Below are positions 38,492-48,490 of a stretch of DNA of 64,000 nucleotides, piece after piece; position 1 is the stretch's first letter, and each line of letters opens with the position of its first letter. Position numbers and translations under genes: made by a program. The notes below the pieces were generated by a model. It was not told the DNA's origin, searched no databases, and saw nothing but the letters and a program-made list of their open reading frames with translations. Location of the stretch: NCBI GenBank assembly GCA_045640185.1, contig JAZUEN010000038.1, positions 1,030 through 65,029 on the forward strand, in the 5' to 3' direction. Origin of the DNA: Bacteroidales bacterium (lineage in GTDB: Bacteria > Bacteroidota > Bacteroidia > Bacteroidales > SZUA-534).

Positions 38492-40159
38492 CTACTGGTT
38501 TTCTGATGGTTTCAAAAGCCTTTGATACTCATCGGCATCCTTGAGTGTAAGAATGGCCTTGTCGAGTGTCGAGTCGGACTGCAGCTGTACTTTCATCCTT
38601 CCTCCCTGGTAGTAATAGCGGCTCACAATCTCCTCGCGTAGCAAAAGGCTTATTTCAGATTTGTAAGTAACAAGATCGAGTTCCTTGCTGTGGGCAAGTT
38701 TTGCCCGGATCTGCTCCAATTCGCCACTTACCTTGTCGTCACACTTTTCCTCCTTCAGGGCCTTCTCGAAATTGGCCAAAAGCGTTTCGCTATCGAGCTT
38801 GTAGTCGTAGCTCTTGTCGGAGAGGAAATTCACGAAGTCGTCATAATCGGCGTCGCTAAAGGAGAATTGCTCCGGTTCCGCTATTGTCGGATGCTTCTGG
38901 CTGTAGAGAGTGGCGTAATCGAAAATCAGGTTTTTGGTATAAAGGCTGAACGATATGTCGCTCATCGACTCCGGCTCGACCTTGACATCAGGCAGCACAC
39001 CGCCACCGTCGTACACGTCACGCCCGGCACGAGTCTGGAATTTGGTTATGAGCGAATCGGGCACCTTGCCTACGCTGCCGTCGGCATTGCGGTGCGAATA
39101 GTCGAGAGCCTGTATGCATCGGCCACTCGGAATGTAATATTTTGCCGTGGTAAGTTTCAGCTTGGTATTGTAGCTCAAGTCGCGTGTGGCCTGTACAAGG
39201 CCCTTGCCATAGGTGCGGGTTCCGACAATGATGCCACGGTCCAGGTCCTGAATGACGCCCGACACTATTTCAGAAGCCGAAGCTGAACCGCCGTTGACCA
39301 ATATGGCCAAAGGCGTTTTTGTGTCGATTGGCTCATCGGTGGCATAATATGTCTTGTTCCACATTTTAACCTTTCCCTTGGTGCTTACAATCTCGTTACC
39401 TTTGCCGACGAACAGGTTTGATACCGACACGGCTTCGTTCAGGAGTCCGCCGGGATTGCCGCGCAAATCGAGTATGTAGCCTTTTATCTTATTGTTTTTT
39501 GACAAGTCGAGCATAGCGGTTTTCACTTCCTGGCTGCAGTTTTCGGTGAAGTTGGTCAGCCTGATGTATCCAATGCCGTCGGCTACCATTCCATAGTAGT
39601 TCACGCTCTTCACCTTAATCTTTTGGCGTATGATTTCGACCTTGCGGCGCTGGTTGGTGAAAGGGGTCTCGACAGTAAGCACGACTTTCGAGTTTGGTTC
39701 GCCCTTGAGCAATTCGCTTACGTTGTCGCTCTTCATTTCGGCAATGTCCTTTCCGTCTATCTCAACTATGATGTCGCCAGCCTTGATGCCTGCCACAACT
39801 GCGGGCGAGTTTTCTATCGGCTCGCTCACTTCGACATACTTGCCTTTGGAATGTATGTAAGCGCCGATGCCGCCATACTGGCCCGTGGTCATGAACCTGA
39901 AATCCTCAATGTCCGATTCCGGGATATAGACGGTGTACGGGTCGAGCGACTTGAGCATCTCGTCAATGCTTTTTTTCACTAGATCGCCTGCGTCTATCTC
40001 ATCTACATAGTAGATAGACAATTCACGGAACAATGTATGGTAGATGTCGAGGTTCTTGGCAATTTCGAACTCACGGTCGCCAACGCTTACAAATCCGACT
40101 GCTACAAATACTGCAGCCAAAATGGCCCAAACACGAGCCTTGAATCCTTTTTTTTTCAT
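38492..40159 (-). CDS. S41 family C-terminal processing peptidase
   Basis: N-terminal TM, a PDZ-like segment (GIKAGDIIVEIDG), catalytic Ser GGSASASEI and Lys TYGKGLVQ. Confidence 0.9.
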   Translation of the reverse strand: MKKKGFKARVWAILAAVFVAVGFVSVGDREFEIAKNLDIYHTLFRELSIYYVDEIDAGDLVKKSIDEMLKSLDPYTVYIPESDIEDFRFMTTGQYGGIGAYIHSKGKYVEVSEPIENSPAVVAGIKAGDIIVEIDGKDIAEMKSDNVSELLKGEPNSKVVLTVETPFTNQRRKVEIIRQKIKVKSVNYYGMVADGIGYIRLTNFTENCSQEVKTAMLDLSKNNKIKGYILDLRGNPGGLLNEAVSVSNLFVGKGNEIVSTKGKVKMWNKTYYATDEPIDTKTPLAILVNGGSASASEIVSGVIQDLDRGIIVGTRTYGKGLVQATRDLSYNTKLKLTTAKYYIPSGRCIQALDYSHRNADGSVGKVPDSLITKFQTRAGRDVYDGGGVLPDVKVEPESMSDISFSLYTKNLIFDYATLYSQKHPTIAEPEQFSFSDADYDDFVNFLSDKSYDYKLDSETLLANFEKALKEEKCDDKVSGELEQIRAKLAHSKELDLVTYKSEISLLLREEIVSRYYYQGGRMKVQLQSDSTLDKAILTLKDADEYQRLLKPSENQ

Positions 40160-40216
40160 ATCAACAGACGCTCAATAGAGTAAAGGGGACTTCCCCAAAA
40201 CAAATGTAAGATATAC

Positions 40217-40627
40217 TCACGAATTTGTGCAGTTTTTGGACACTTTTTCCGACAAGTTGGCAAGTAATTGCCTGATGCGGGTTTGCATTTCGGCAAATGT
40301 CAGTGGCTCTGTATTTTGTGCCACAATAAGGAACGACAGCTTTATTTGCTTTCCGCTCAAGGCATTGACAAGCGCCTGCCTGTTTAGTCGAAATGCCTCA
40401 CGCATTAGCCTCTTGTTGCGGTTGCGGTCGACGGCAAAATGATGGAGTTTCTTGGGTGCGACAAACGCCACTTGATAGCTGAAGCTGTCGGCAGGCTCGA
40501 TGGAGTATATGAGCTTTATCTGACGGACACGCACTATGTTGTTCTGCTGGAACACAGACTCAATCGCCTTGCGCGATTTCAGGTGCTCGGCCTGCTTGTA
40601 CGAATATGGGTGACTGTCTTGTTCCAT
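40217..40627 (-). CDS. rnpA: ribonuclease P protein component
   Basis: LKSRKAIESVF and the AVDRNRNKRLMREAFR motif. The start is moved to the ATG at 40627 because the track's TTG start lies inside the -7 box. Confidence 0.85.
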   Translation of the reverse strand: MEQDSHPYSYKQAEHLKSRKAIESVFQQNNIVRVRQIKLIYSIEPADSFSYQVAFVAPKKLHHFAVDRNRNKRLMREAFRLNRQALVNALSGKQIKLSFLIVAQNTEPLTFAEMQTRIRQLLANLSEKVSKNCTNS

Positions 40628-40648
40628 TGTGCGATTCAATAATTGGGA

Positions 40649-40656
40649 CAAAGATA
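40649..40656 (-). promoter_or_regulatory. candidate -7 promoter box for rnpA
   Basis: The minus strand reads TATCTTTG, 22 nt upstream of the ATG at 40627. Confidence 0.5.
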
Positions 40657-40832
40657 GAAAGATTTAATGATGTGATGGTAAAAGAGAAATGGTGAAAAGG
40701 AAGATTTGACACGGTTGGGTGTAGTGCCTTTCGCTACTACGTTTGCAACGAATATTTTTAGGCAATCAACACAACAACAATAAGTTACATTAAAATTTCA
40801 ACCTTATGCGCGAAAAAATGGGCGACGGGCAT

Positions 40833-41030
40833 TCATTGTTGTTGAGTCTGCTGGTTGTTCTGTTGTATCAATGCCATTGTTTCCGCCATCATCCTATTTA
40901 GGGTTGCTTCGGCCCGCGCATTTGATTCTCTAGCCTCCTACGCAACTTTTTCCATTATTGCATTTAGCATCTCATCGGTTAGTTCTTCCATCGATGTAAG
41001 ACGATATGAATGTAAAAGTTCTTCAGACAT
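40833..41030 (-). other. small ORF (65 codons) interrupted by an in-frame TAG at 40938-40940
   Basis: Hand translation: MSEELLHSYRLTSMEELTDEMLNAIMEKVA*EARESNARAEATLNRMMAETMALIQQNNQQTQQQ*. No family recognised. Confidence 0.25.
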
Positions 41031-41173
41031 AACTATTTATTTTAGGCAAAAAAGGCATAATCGAGTGAATTTTCACCACAAATAATCATATAAGTTGACC
41101 TTTATTGGAAGACTTTGAGAGATTCAGAATTATCATTGCATCGGCATCTTTCAACCTACGATAGCGCCAATGC

Positions 41174-41213
41174 AAAAAAAATAACCGCAACCTGGAAATC
41201 CTGGTTGCGGTTA
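41174..41213 (-). terminator. rho-independent terminator after the hemD-like gene
   Basis: Perfect 11-bp stem taaccgcaacc/ggttgcggtta, followed on the minus strand by T8. Lies 21 nt past the stop. Confidence 0.85.
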
Positions 41214-41233
41214 CTTGTAATATTAAGAATATT

Positions 41234-41995
41234 CTAGTTTTTCTTGCTAGCCTTGTTTATCTCCTTAATGTAGAGTTCAAGAGCGGCAGGCATTGAAGGG
41301 GCCTCTGGCGTTGGTGCCTTTATGTCGAGACGCAAGTTGGCTTCTTCCACGGCCTTTGCTGTTGTCGGGCCCAATGCCGCAATTGCTATTTCGTTTTGCT
41401 CGAAATTAGGGAAATTGGACTTGAGCGACTTAATTCCTTCTGGGCTGAAGAAGCAAAGAATGTCGTAGTTCTGGTCTGCAATGTCCGACATATCGGTAGC
41501 CACTGTCTGGTAAAGAATTGCCAAAGTGTGGCTGATATTGTGAGCAGTGAGTTTCTCGATAACTTCAGGCTTGTACTTGTCTGACGAAGGCAGAAGGAAC
41601 TTGTCTTCCTTGTGCTTGTCAATCAAGATGAGCAACTCGTCGAACTTGCCGTTTTGGGCGAAGAAAATCTTGCGTTTGCGGTAGGTGATGTACTTCTGAA
41701 GATACAAAGCGACTGCCTCGGTAATGCAGAAATACTTCATTGTGTCGGGCAAGGTTACGCGGGTCTCCTCACAAATGCGGAACAAGTGATCAATTGCGTT
41801 TTTACTGGTGAAAATCACAGCTGTGTGATCCAATATGTTTATTCTCTCCTTGCGGAAATCTTTAGCTTCAACAGGCTTTACTGTTATAAAAGGTCTAAAA
41901 TCAATCTTGAGATTGTACTTTTCAGCTAAGTCAAAATACGGTGACTTCTCAGTCATGGGTTTTGGTTGCGAAACCAAAATTTTCTTGATTTTCAA
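41234..41995 (-). CDS. hemD: uroporphyrinogen-III synthase-like protein (HemD family)
   Basis: (M)KIKKILVSQPKP..KSPYFDLAEKYNLKIDFRPFI N-terminus, as I recall it for Bacteroidales HemD-like proteins. Apparent TTG start. Confidence 0.6.
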   Translation of the reverse strand: MKIKKILVSQPKPMTEKSPYFDLAEKYNLKIDFRPFITVKPVEAKDFRKERINILDHTAVIFTSKNAIDHLFRICEETRVTLPDTMKYFCITEAVALYLQKYITYRKRKIFFAQNGKFDELLILIDKHKEDKFLLPSSDKYKPEVIEKLTAHNISHTLAILYQTVATDMSDIADQNYDILCFFSPEGIKSLKSNFPNFEQNEIAIAALGPTTAKAVEEANLRLDIKAPTPEAPSMPAALELYIKEINKASKKN

Positions 41996-42031
41996 ATTAG
42001 TTGGTTTTTAGTTAGACTTCCTTAAATACCG

Positions 42032-43288
42032 CTACAATACACAATTAAGCACGAACTTATAGATGGTAAGTAGGGGCAAAATTTCAAGGGCACAAAGGTA
42101 GAAAAACAAATAGAAAACTGAAACCCTATTTTTTATGCAAATTCGTAGTCCACGGAATAATGTGCAAACATACAGCAGCACGTACACACCCACACCACAC
42201 CACATAAGCTTTTCCTGCACAAAATCAGGCACGAACGGAATTGCCGCAACCAGCGGAAGCAATATGAGGCCATACATTTTGTTGTACAGATATATGTTGA
42301 AATTGTAAGAGCCGAATGCATTTGTATCGAAAATAGAGTCAAGTATCTTCAATACTATAGTACGTGATGTATAGACACAAAAGAATGCCAAAGCACAAAT
42401 GCCGAACAACGGCATCCCCGAATATGGCAGTTCTATTCCAGAATATTCAAGGCCTTGACATGCAAACAAGCTGACATTCACATAAAACAATATGTTCAGG
42501 GCAAAGAACACCCGGGTGCGAATGACACTAGACTCATCGTAGACACGCTTGGCAGTATAGAAATTGAACGCAGACTGCGTCACCATTCCCACGAATTTAC
42601 CATAAATCATCCGGGTCCAGGCGAACAGCACAAAAGATACCACAATTACCACCAGCATCCAATCTGTACTGGATACAGTCTTATTAATAGTGAAGTTATC
42701 GGACTTACGTACAATAGGCTTGCCTTCCTTCTCCTCAAACACCCTATGGGAGCCGACATTTGCGATAGAGACTGTGTCAAAGTCAACCGTATCGGCCACA
42801 ATAGCCAATGTATCGTCACTGACGGCAACAGTGTCCAGTGCCTGTTGAACATTGACGGCGGAGGCGAACACCTCGGATTGCTCAGCATTGTTTTCCGTCA
42901 CAGCATCTGAAACGACAGGCTGTTCTGGTTCAGCCGGTAATATTTGGCGAGGCTCAACCGCAACAATATGTTGCGATGATTCGGCATCAGGAAGCGGCAT
43001 AATTGGATATACGCGCAATTGCGATGCTATTGAATTGTCGGCTGATATGACGAAATCACCCGTCAAGACATCATAGTCAGGATGGTTGATGGTGTCGTTT
43101 TCCGGCACATACGGCACCGTCTTGACTATTGGCGCCGATACCTTTTTTGGTGCCAGTCTGCTTGAATCAACCACAAAAGCCCCTGTCTCAAAATCGAGCG
43201 ATGGCTTGGCAATAATGAGAGAATTGCCCGCACCTGCCTGTATTGATACCGAATCTGACGTAATATTGTTATTGTGCAAAAATTTCAT
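42032..43288 (-). CDS. DUF4271-like membrane protein
   Basis: Non-TM N-terminal half, polytopic C-terminal half. Positioned directly upstream of the hemD-like gene as in other Bacteroidales (from memory). Confidence 0.5.
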   Translation of the reverse strand: MKFLHNNNITSDSVSIQAGAGNSLIIAKPSLDFETGAFVVDSSRLAPKKVSAPIVKTVPYVPENDTINHPDYDVLTGDFVISADNSIASQLRVYPIMPLPDAESSQHIVAVEPRQILPAEPEQPVVSDAVTENNAEQSEVFASAVNVQQALDTVAVSDDTLAIVADTVDFDTVSIANVGSHRVFEEKEGKPIVRKSDNFTINKTVSSTDWMLVVIVVSFVLFAWTRMIYGKFVGMVTQSAFNFYTAKRVYDESSVIRTRVFFALNILFYVNVSLFACQGLEYSGIELPYSGMPLFGICALAFFCVYTSRTIVLKILDSIFDTNAFGSYNFNIYLYNKMYGLILLPLVAAIPFVPDFVQEKLMWCGVGVYVLLYVCTLFRGLRICIKNRVSVFYLFFYLCALEILPLLTIYKFVLNCVL

Positions 43289-43750
43289 TGCGATGCCTTA
43301 AGGGGATTTCCATAGATTCCCCAGATTATAAAATTCACGTAATGCCGTTCATCATCTTTATGTGTGATTTCGAACTTTTGCCATCATGCCGATGTCTTTG
43401 GCCCTGTCACAGTGTCAGGTTCAAAACATCAATCTGCCTGGCAATAATCTCAAAAACGACACAAGCAATTCTGAACTCCCCTTAACCAATTGCAAAACTA
43501 CAAAAAGTAAATTTTGAATTAATATCAAGAATTAAAAATAATTACGAAATACAGATTACGAATTGCCAAGTGCGAAGTTTTTTGGTTGACGAAATCGGGG
43601 ACAAAAGACACTAGGCATAAAGGGAAAGACTAATAGCCGGCCCCCAATTGAATGAGGCAAAGCAACATGGCGAAATTCCACAGACTTGAAAGCTCCTTTC
43701 AAGACATTGATTTACAACATTCAATCACAATGTCACGTCACACGCAATTA

Positions 43751-43784
43751 AAAGAAAAAGGGGAAACGCCTTTGGCATTTCCCC
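43751..43784 (-). terminator. rho-independent terminator after dnaN
   Basis: On the minus strand an 11-bp stem ggggaaatgcc/ggcgtttcccc (one G-U) is followed by UUUUUCUUU. Confidence 0.85.
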
Positions 43785-43810
43785 TTTCGCAATCAATATG
43801 CATGGATTGT

Positions 43811-44935
43811 TTAATTAATCATCATAGGCATCAAAAGCATAAGCACTTCCTCATCAACCGATGTTGGTTCAAGTGGCACAAAGGTGCCTGCCCTCGACGA
43901 ATCGGAAAGGTTGACAACGACATCAGTGCAAGCCAGATTTGACAATATCTCGACAAGGAATGTCGATTTGAAGCCAATCTCCATATCCTCACCCTCATAT
44001 TGGCATTTTACGCGTTCGTGAGCCGATATTGAGAAGTCTATATCCTGAGCCGAAACCGTAAGTTGGTTTGCCGTGATTGTCAACTTGATAAGGTTGCTTG
44101 CCTGGTTCGAGAACACTGACACACGGCGCAAGCAGTTGCAGAGGTCGAGACGGTCGATTGTGAGTTTACGAGGCGCATCGGTAGGAATGACAGCCTGATA
44201 GTTTGGATACATGCCTTCAATCAGACGGCAGACAAGCTTGTACTCGTTGAACTCGACCACTGCATTCTTCTTGTCAAATGACAGGTTTACTGGGCTGTCG
44301 TCCTTCGGGAGTATGTTTTTCAGCAAGTTGGCCGGCTTCTGTGGCAAAATGAACGAGCTGTCGGTTTCTGCCTGAACGTCGGCGCGGCTGTAGCACACAA
44401 GCTTATGAGCGTCGGTAGCCACGAATTTTATCTTGCCTTGCGTAATCTCGACAAAAATGCCGGTCATTATTGGGCGCAATTCGTCGGTCGATGTGGCGAA
44501 GATGCTCTTTACAATACCCTGCTGAAGCACTTCAGCCGTCATGCGGACAGTACAAGTGTCGCCCTGCAGGTCCTGCACCTGTGGAAAGTCGTCGCCGTTA
44601 AGGCCCAGCACGCTGAACTTACCGTTTTCTGAAACTATATCGACATTGTACGAATCGTTGTCCATGTTGAATGTCAAAGGCTGTTCAGGGAACTCCTTCA
44701 ATATGTTCGTAAGACGCTTTGCATCAACGGCTATCCGGCCCGAGCCCGAAGCGCTATCTACCTCGAATGATGTTGTCATTGTTGTTTCGACATCGGAAGC
44801 CGTTATTGTCAATGTGTTCTCGTTCAAATCGAAAAGGAAATTGTCAAGAATGGCCATTGTGTTCTTTGAACTGATTACTCGGCTTACTGCCTGCAAGTGG
44901 TTCAAAAGTTGCGTGCTTGATACGATAAAGTTCAT
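43811..44935 (-). CDS. dnaN: DNA polymerase III subunit beta (sliding clamp)
   Basis: 374 aa with N-terminus MNFIVSSTQLLNHLQAVSRVISSKNTMAILDNFLF and a C-terminal ..LLMPMMIN, typical of DnaN. Confidence 0.93.
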   Translation of the reverse strand: MNFIVSSTQLLNHLQAVSRVISSKNTMAILDNFLFDLNENTLTITASDVETTMTTSFEVDSASGSGRIAVDAKRLTNILKEFPEQPLTFNMDNDSYNVDIVSENGKFSVLGLNGDDFPQVQDLQGDTCTVRMTAEVLQQGIVKSIFATSTDELRPIMTGIFVEITQGKIKFVATDAHKLVCYSRADVQAETDSSFILPQKPANLLKNILPKDDSPVNLSFDKKNAVVEFNEYKLVCRLIEGMYPNYQAVIPTDAPRKLTIDRLDLCNCLRRVSVFSNQASNLIKLTITANQLTVSAQDIDFSISAHERVKCQYEGEDMEIGFKSTFLVEILSNLACTDVVVNLSDSSRAGTFVPLEPTSVDEEVLMLLMPMMIN

Positions 44936-45006
44936 CTGTATGTGTTTTTAAATTATGAAATTCTGTTCAGGGGACTACCCTTAATGTCGGCATGCGCCAA
45001 AACGCC

Positions 45007-45014
45007 CAAATTTA
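45007..45014 (-). promoter_or_regulatory. candidate -7 promoter box for dnaN
   Basis: The minus strand reads TAAATTTG, 72 nt upstream of the dnaN ATG. Confidence 0.4.
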
Positions 45015-45065
45015 TAAAAAAGTTTTTGATATGGTAACCGAAGATGATTTTGAACCGGAATATTA

Positions 45066-46031
45066 CTACTCGGCCCTGAAATAGTCCAAATTCTTGACTA
45101 TCGGGTCAAAATCGAAATACTTAGCCTGCACAAAGTCGCCATTGCCGAGCAACAGGTAGAAGTTGTCGAAATCCTTTTCGCCATGTTTCCACGACAGATG
45201 GCGCTCGTATGCCTTGCACCAGAACTCATGTCCGTCGGCAGTCGTCACCGACAGCGTGTACATTGGGGTTGTGGCCTTTATTGAGTCGATGGAGAACGGT
45301 TGCATCTGCACATAGGCCGAAAACTCCTTGTGACGGAACTGTGCGACATATCTGAACAGTTTTTCTTCGTCTACATTCGGCACTTTCAGTCCAAGCGGGT
45401 GCGACAGCACTTCGAACCCTCGGCCCGACTGCCTCACTACAAACGACCCGTCGGTATTGTCGTCAAACACTATCTGCCTGATGTCATGTGGATTTACGGC
45501 GAACACCGAACGGCTTTTCCAGTCGGTTGGATCTGTCAGGTGCAAGATGGATATCATCTGTCCGTAGCCAGGCACCTCAACGGCAAACGGGCGTGAGGCG
45601 CGCTCCAGCATTGCGTAACATACATCGCCCTCGAAAAGCAGATGATACGTCACAAGTGTCTTTTTCCGGTTCCTCACGGTGAGCTTTGTTCCGCTTTTCT
45701 TCATTTCCGACACGATGCGCCGGGCATCGGACCTTGCCACCACCTTCGACTTGTCGATGTCATGCAGGACCTTTATGAGAACTTGCACCATGTCGGCTCG
45801 GGCCGGTGTCTGTCCGTCTACAAGCCACTGCCCGGCTGAACGATGAAGCTCGACACTGCCACCTTGCGCATCGGCAATGAGCACTACGGTTACGGCCGAC
45901 GTGTCGGACACGGCAAAGTCGCCCTGCCTGCCACTGATGGTGGATTTGCCGTTAGTGGCCACCACAATGGCTGTGACAGTCAGCAATATGGCAAACGCCA
46001 GCAACAATCGTGCCTGACCTTTTCGAATCAT
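45066..46031 (-). CDS. DUF4340-like protein, third gene of the gldF/gldG operon
   Basis: The start is set at MIRKGQARLLLAFAILL (TM anchor), giving an ATGA overlap with the gldG stop (46028-46031). The family name rests on context only. Confidence 0.5.
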   Translation of the reverse strand: MIRKGQARLLLAFAILLTVTAIVVATNGKSTISGRQGDFAVSDTSAVTVVLIADAQGGSVELHRSAGQWLVDGQTPARADMVQVLIKVLHDIDKSKVVARSDARRIVSEMKKSGTKLTVRNRKKTLVTYHLLFEGDVCYAMLERASRPFAVEVPGYGQMISILHLTDPTDWKSRSVFAVNPHDIRQIVFDDNTDGSFVVRQSGRGFEVLSHPLGLKVPNVDEEKLFRYVAQFRHKEFSAYVQMQPFSIDSIKATTPMYTLSVTTADGHEFWCKAYERHLSWKHGEKDFDNFYLLLGNGDFVQAKYFDFDPIVKNLDYFRAE

Positions 46032-47725
46032 TGGTAACGGCGTTTTCTGAAATTGGTGAACAGCAAGCCGAATGCAATCATGAGCACAACCGGCACGACA
46101 ACATTCACGGCCTGCCACTTGGCTCGCTCGTCCTGCACCTTGGCCTTGTTTAGCATGCGAAGCCTGAATTCCTTTGAACGGCTCTCCATCAGCTCGTCGA
46201 AACCGCACAGATAGTTGACCGCGTTGAGCAGGAATTCCTTGTTGCCGAATGTCTGACGAGTGAAACGGTCGTAGCCAAGAGGCAGAGGCTCAAGCCTGTC
46301 GCCATTCTGCCTGAACTGATTTCGGATGATGTCGCCGTCGGAGATGACAATCATGCGGGTTGGCTCGCCATGCTGACGGAACTGCCGGCGACTGAAGCCT
46401 TCGACCTGAAGCGGGCGGTTGGCAAATGCGCTACGGAACTGGCCTTCGAGCAATACGGCCAATGGCAATTGACTACGGCTGAACTTTTCCGTCTCGATTC
46501 GGTTGCCCACTATCGACAAATCGGCTTGTGTAGGCAATGCCACCGTACGGCTGTTGTCGGAGGTGGCTAGCAGTATGGTCTTGCATACACTGGCGTCGTT
46601 GCCTACGGTGTCAATTGAGCATGCAAAATCGATGCGGATCATATCGAGATTCTTTGTCATCGGATGGCTTGCCGATGGCATGACTATTGGCGAGAATATC
46701 CACGGTGCAGGCGAGAACTGTGGCTGTTGCCCTACCAATGCGGTGTTGACCGGTATTACGGCGCACTGCATATCCTGCACCAGGTTGTTGTTCATGCGGA
46801 TGCCATAGTTGAAGAGCTGGTCGTCGAGATTGAGGTCGATGGATGTGGCCATAACGTCGCGCCCGTGCGACAGGCTGTCAATGCTGGCTGTGGAGTTGTC
46901 GATGAGCCACAGCAGACGGCCACCATTCATTATGTACTGGTCAATCAGGAATTTTTCAGGTTCCGAGAATCTGGTCACAGGCTGCGCCACAACTATCAGT
47001 CTATATGCCAGCTGGTCCGTTGAATCGGTCTTGAGTATCTCGGCATCGGCATCAACCTGGCGCAAGCTGTAGAAATTGCCAAGCGTGTAGGCCATATCCT
47101 CCATTTGCTCCGGCCCTAGTTCGCCGTGACCGCGCAAAAACCCGATTAGCGGCGCTGTTGGCGTAAGCAACTGGTTTATGGCAAATGTAAGGTCGTACTC
47201 AAGCGACTGCACTGATGTCTGCAAATTGGCTTCGGCCGACGATGACATGTGGTTCTTCAGTATGTTGACAGCCACGTCGCGACCTTGGTACGATACCATG
47301 ATGCCTGGGAATATCAGCTTTTGCGACGTGCTTCCATCCTTCTCCTTGACTTGCAGGTTTGTCGGGTCGAGACCCTTCTGGTAAAGCTCGCGGAAAATGC
47401 GCTGTCGGGCCTGTTCGTTCGGGTTTTCGGTTGGGTCGATAAACTCGTACTGCACATTCTCCCCTCCATAGGCGCGGAACTCGTCTAGCATCTCGCGCAC
47501 CGAGTTCTGCAGATGCTTGAATCCGGCAGGCAAGTCTCCTTCGAGATAAACCTTGAAATAGACCTCGTCGTCGAGGCTGGAAAGCATGCTTTTTGTTGAC
47601 TTCGAAAGCGAATAGCGCTTGTCGGCCGTAAGGTCGAAGCGGGCGAAAATGTACGACGACAGTATGCCTATAAGTAGCAGTATGGCCACCCAAATGGCTG
47701 TCTCGGTTATATGTTGCCTTTTCAT
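46028..47725 (-). CDS. gldG: GldG-type ABC-transporter auxiliary protein
   Basis: N- and C-terminal TM anchors around a large periplasmic domain, immediately downstream of an ABC-2 permease. Confidence 0.7.
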   Translation of the reverse strand: MKRQHITETAIWVAILLLIGILSSYIFARFDLTADKRYSLSKSTKSMLSSLDDEVYFKVYLEGDLPAGFKHLQNSVREMLDEFRAYGGENVQYEFIDPTENPNEQARQRIFRELYQKGLDPTNLQVKEKDGSTSQKLIFPGIMVSYQGRDVAVNILKNHMSSSAEANLQTSVQSLEYDLTFAINQLLTPTAPLIGFLRGHGELGPEQMEDMAYTLGNFYSLRQVDADAEILKTDSTDQLAYRLIVVAQPVTRFSEPEKFLIDQYIMNGGRLLWLIDNSTASIDSLSHGRDVMATSIDLNLDDQLFNYGIRMNNNLVQDMQCAVIPVNTALVGQQPQFSPAPWIFSPIVMPSASHPMTKNLDMIRIDFACSIDTVGNDASVCKTILLATSDNSRTVALPTQADLSIVGNRIETEKFSRSQLPLAVLLEGQFRSAFANRPLQVEGFSRRQFRQHGEPTRMIVISDGDIIRNQFRQNGDRLEPLPLGYDRFTRQTFGNKEFLLNAVNYLCGFDELMESRSKEFRLRMLNKAKVQDERAKWQAVNVVVPVVLMIAFGLLFTNFRKRRYQ

Positions 47726-47740
47726 GTCAAGATTGAATAA

Positions 47741-48466
47741 TTAGCATTTTGCCAGGAGCAGTTTAAGTCTTGTAAGCAGTATGAAAAATGCCGTCACACA
47801 CAAAAAATAGACCAAGTCGCGGGTATCGACAACGCCCCGGCTAATTGACTGGTAATGAGCATCAATGCTCAGATTGCCGATACCAGCGCCAATATTGCCG
47901 AGCGTAGAGCCAAGCGCATCGAAACCCATATAGAATATGAACGTGATGACGATTGCTAGCAGGAATGCCACAACCTGGCTATCGGTTAGCGACGAGCAGA
48001 ATCCGCCAATGCTGACGTAGGCCATTGCCAAAAGGGCCAACCCGATGTATGAGCCCCAAGTCCCGCCTGCATCGACATTTCCGACCGGATTGCCCAACAG
48101 ATAGACCGACAGGTAATAGATGAGCGTTGGGGCGATGGCGATAAGCGCAATGGCAAACGATGCCAAATCCTTGCCTAGCACAAGCTCTGTCTCGGTAAGC
48201 GGACGGGTGCGCAGCAAGTCGAGCGTTCCGGTCTTACGCTCCTCGGCAAAACTGCGCATCGTGATGGCAGGTATGAGAAAAAGGAACAGCCACGGCGCAA
48301 GGCCGAACAGCCCGTCGAGGGTTGCATATCCACCATCGAGGACATTGTTGCCTCCTGGCATGACCCACAGAAACAAGCCGGTGGCTATCAAGAATATAAG
48401 TATTGCCAAATAGCCAATTACCGAGCTGAAAAATCCAGCCAATTCTTTCCTAAATAGTGCAAACAT
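47741..48466 (-). CDS. gldF: GldF-type ABC-2 transporter permease
   Basis: MFALFRKELAGFFSSVIGYL N-terminus and six TM segments. The start is set at the ATG at 48466, downstream of the -7 box. Confidence 0.7.
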   Translation of the reverse strand: MFALFRKELAGFFSSVIGYLAILIFLIATGLFLWVMPGGNNVLDGGYATLDGLFGLAPWLFLFLIPAITMRSFAEERKTGTLDLLRTRPLTETELVLGKDLASFAIALIAIAPTLIYYLSVYLLGNPVGNVDAGGTWGSYIGLALLAMAYVSIGGFCSSLTDSQVVAFLLAIVITFIFYMGFDALGSTLGNIGAGIGNLSIDAHYQSISRGVVDTRDLVYFLCVTAFFILLTRLKLLLAKC

Positions 48467-48490
48467 TGTTTTTACTTTTTGTTTGTGCCC

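Noticed and set aside
40938-40940. TAG reassignment or read-through as a genome-wide property. This was prompted by the amber in the small ORF and by a TAG where the FISUMP gene's start would be expected.
   Set aside because: TAG terminates several well-supported genes at the expected protein ends: the TlpA-family gene at 15931-15933, mutS at 11444-11446, the KS-like gene at 56959-56961, the ACP at 59203-59205 and the FabH-like gene at 62916-62918.
44963-44984. A fifth member of the GGGGA/TCCCC hairpin family (caGGGGACTACCCttaa) upstream of dnaN
   Set aside because: Only a 3-4 bp stem is possible, and its orientation is opposite to the other copies. The match is too weak to count.
43811-45065. 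Replication origin next to dnaN
   Set aside because: No dnaA gene and no cluster of TTATCCACA-type boxes in the flanking spacers. Only isolated 8/9 matches occur elsewhere, at 1521-1529 and at 13243-13251 inside mutS.
45066-48466. Treating gldF/gldG as evidence of gliding motility or of a novel transporter system
   Set aside because: Only the permease, auxiliary and DUF4340-like genes are present, with no ATPase (gldA) in the window. From memory, homologues occur in non-gliding Bacteroidales. This is an ordinary conserved operon.
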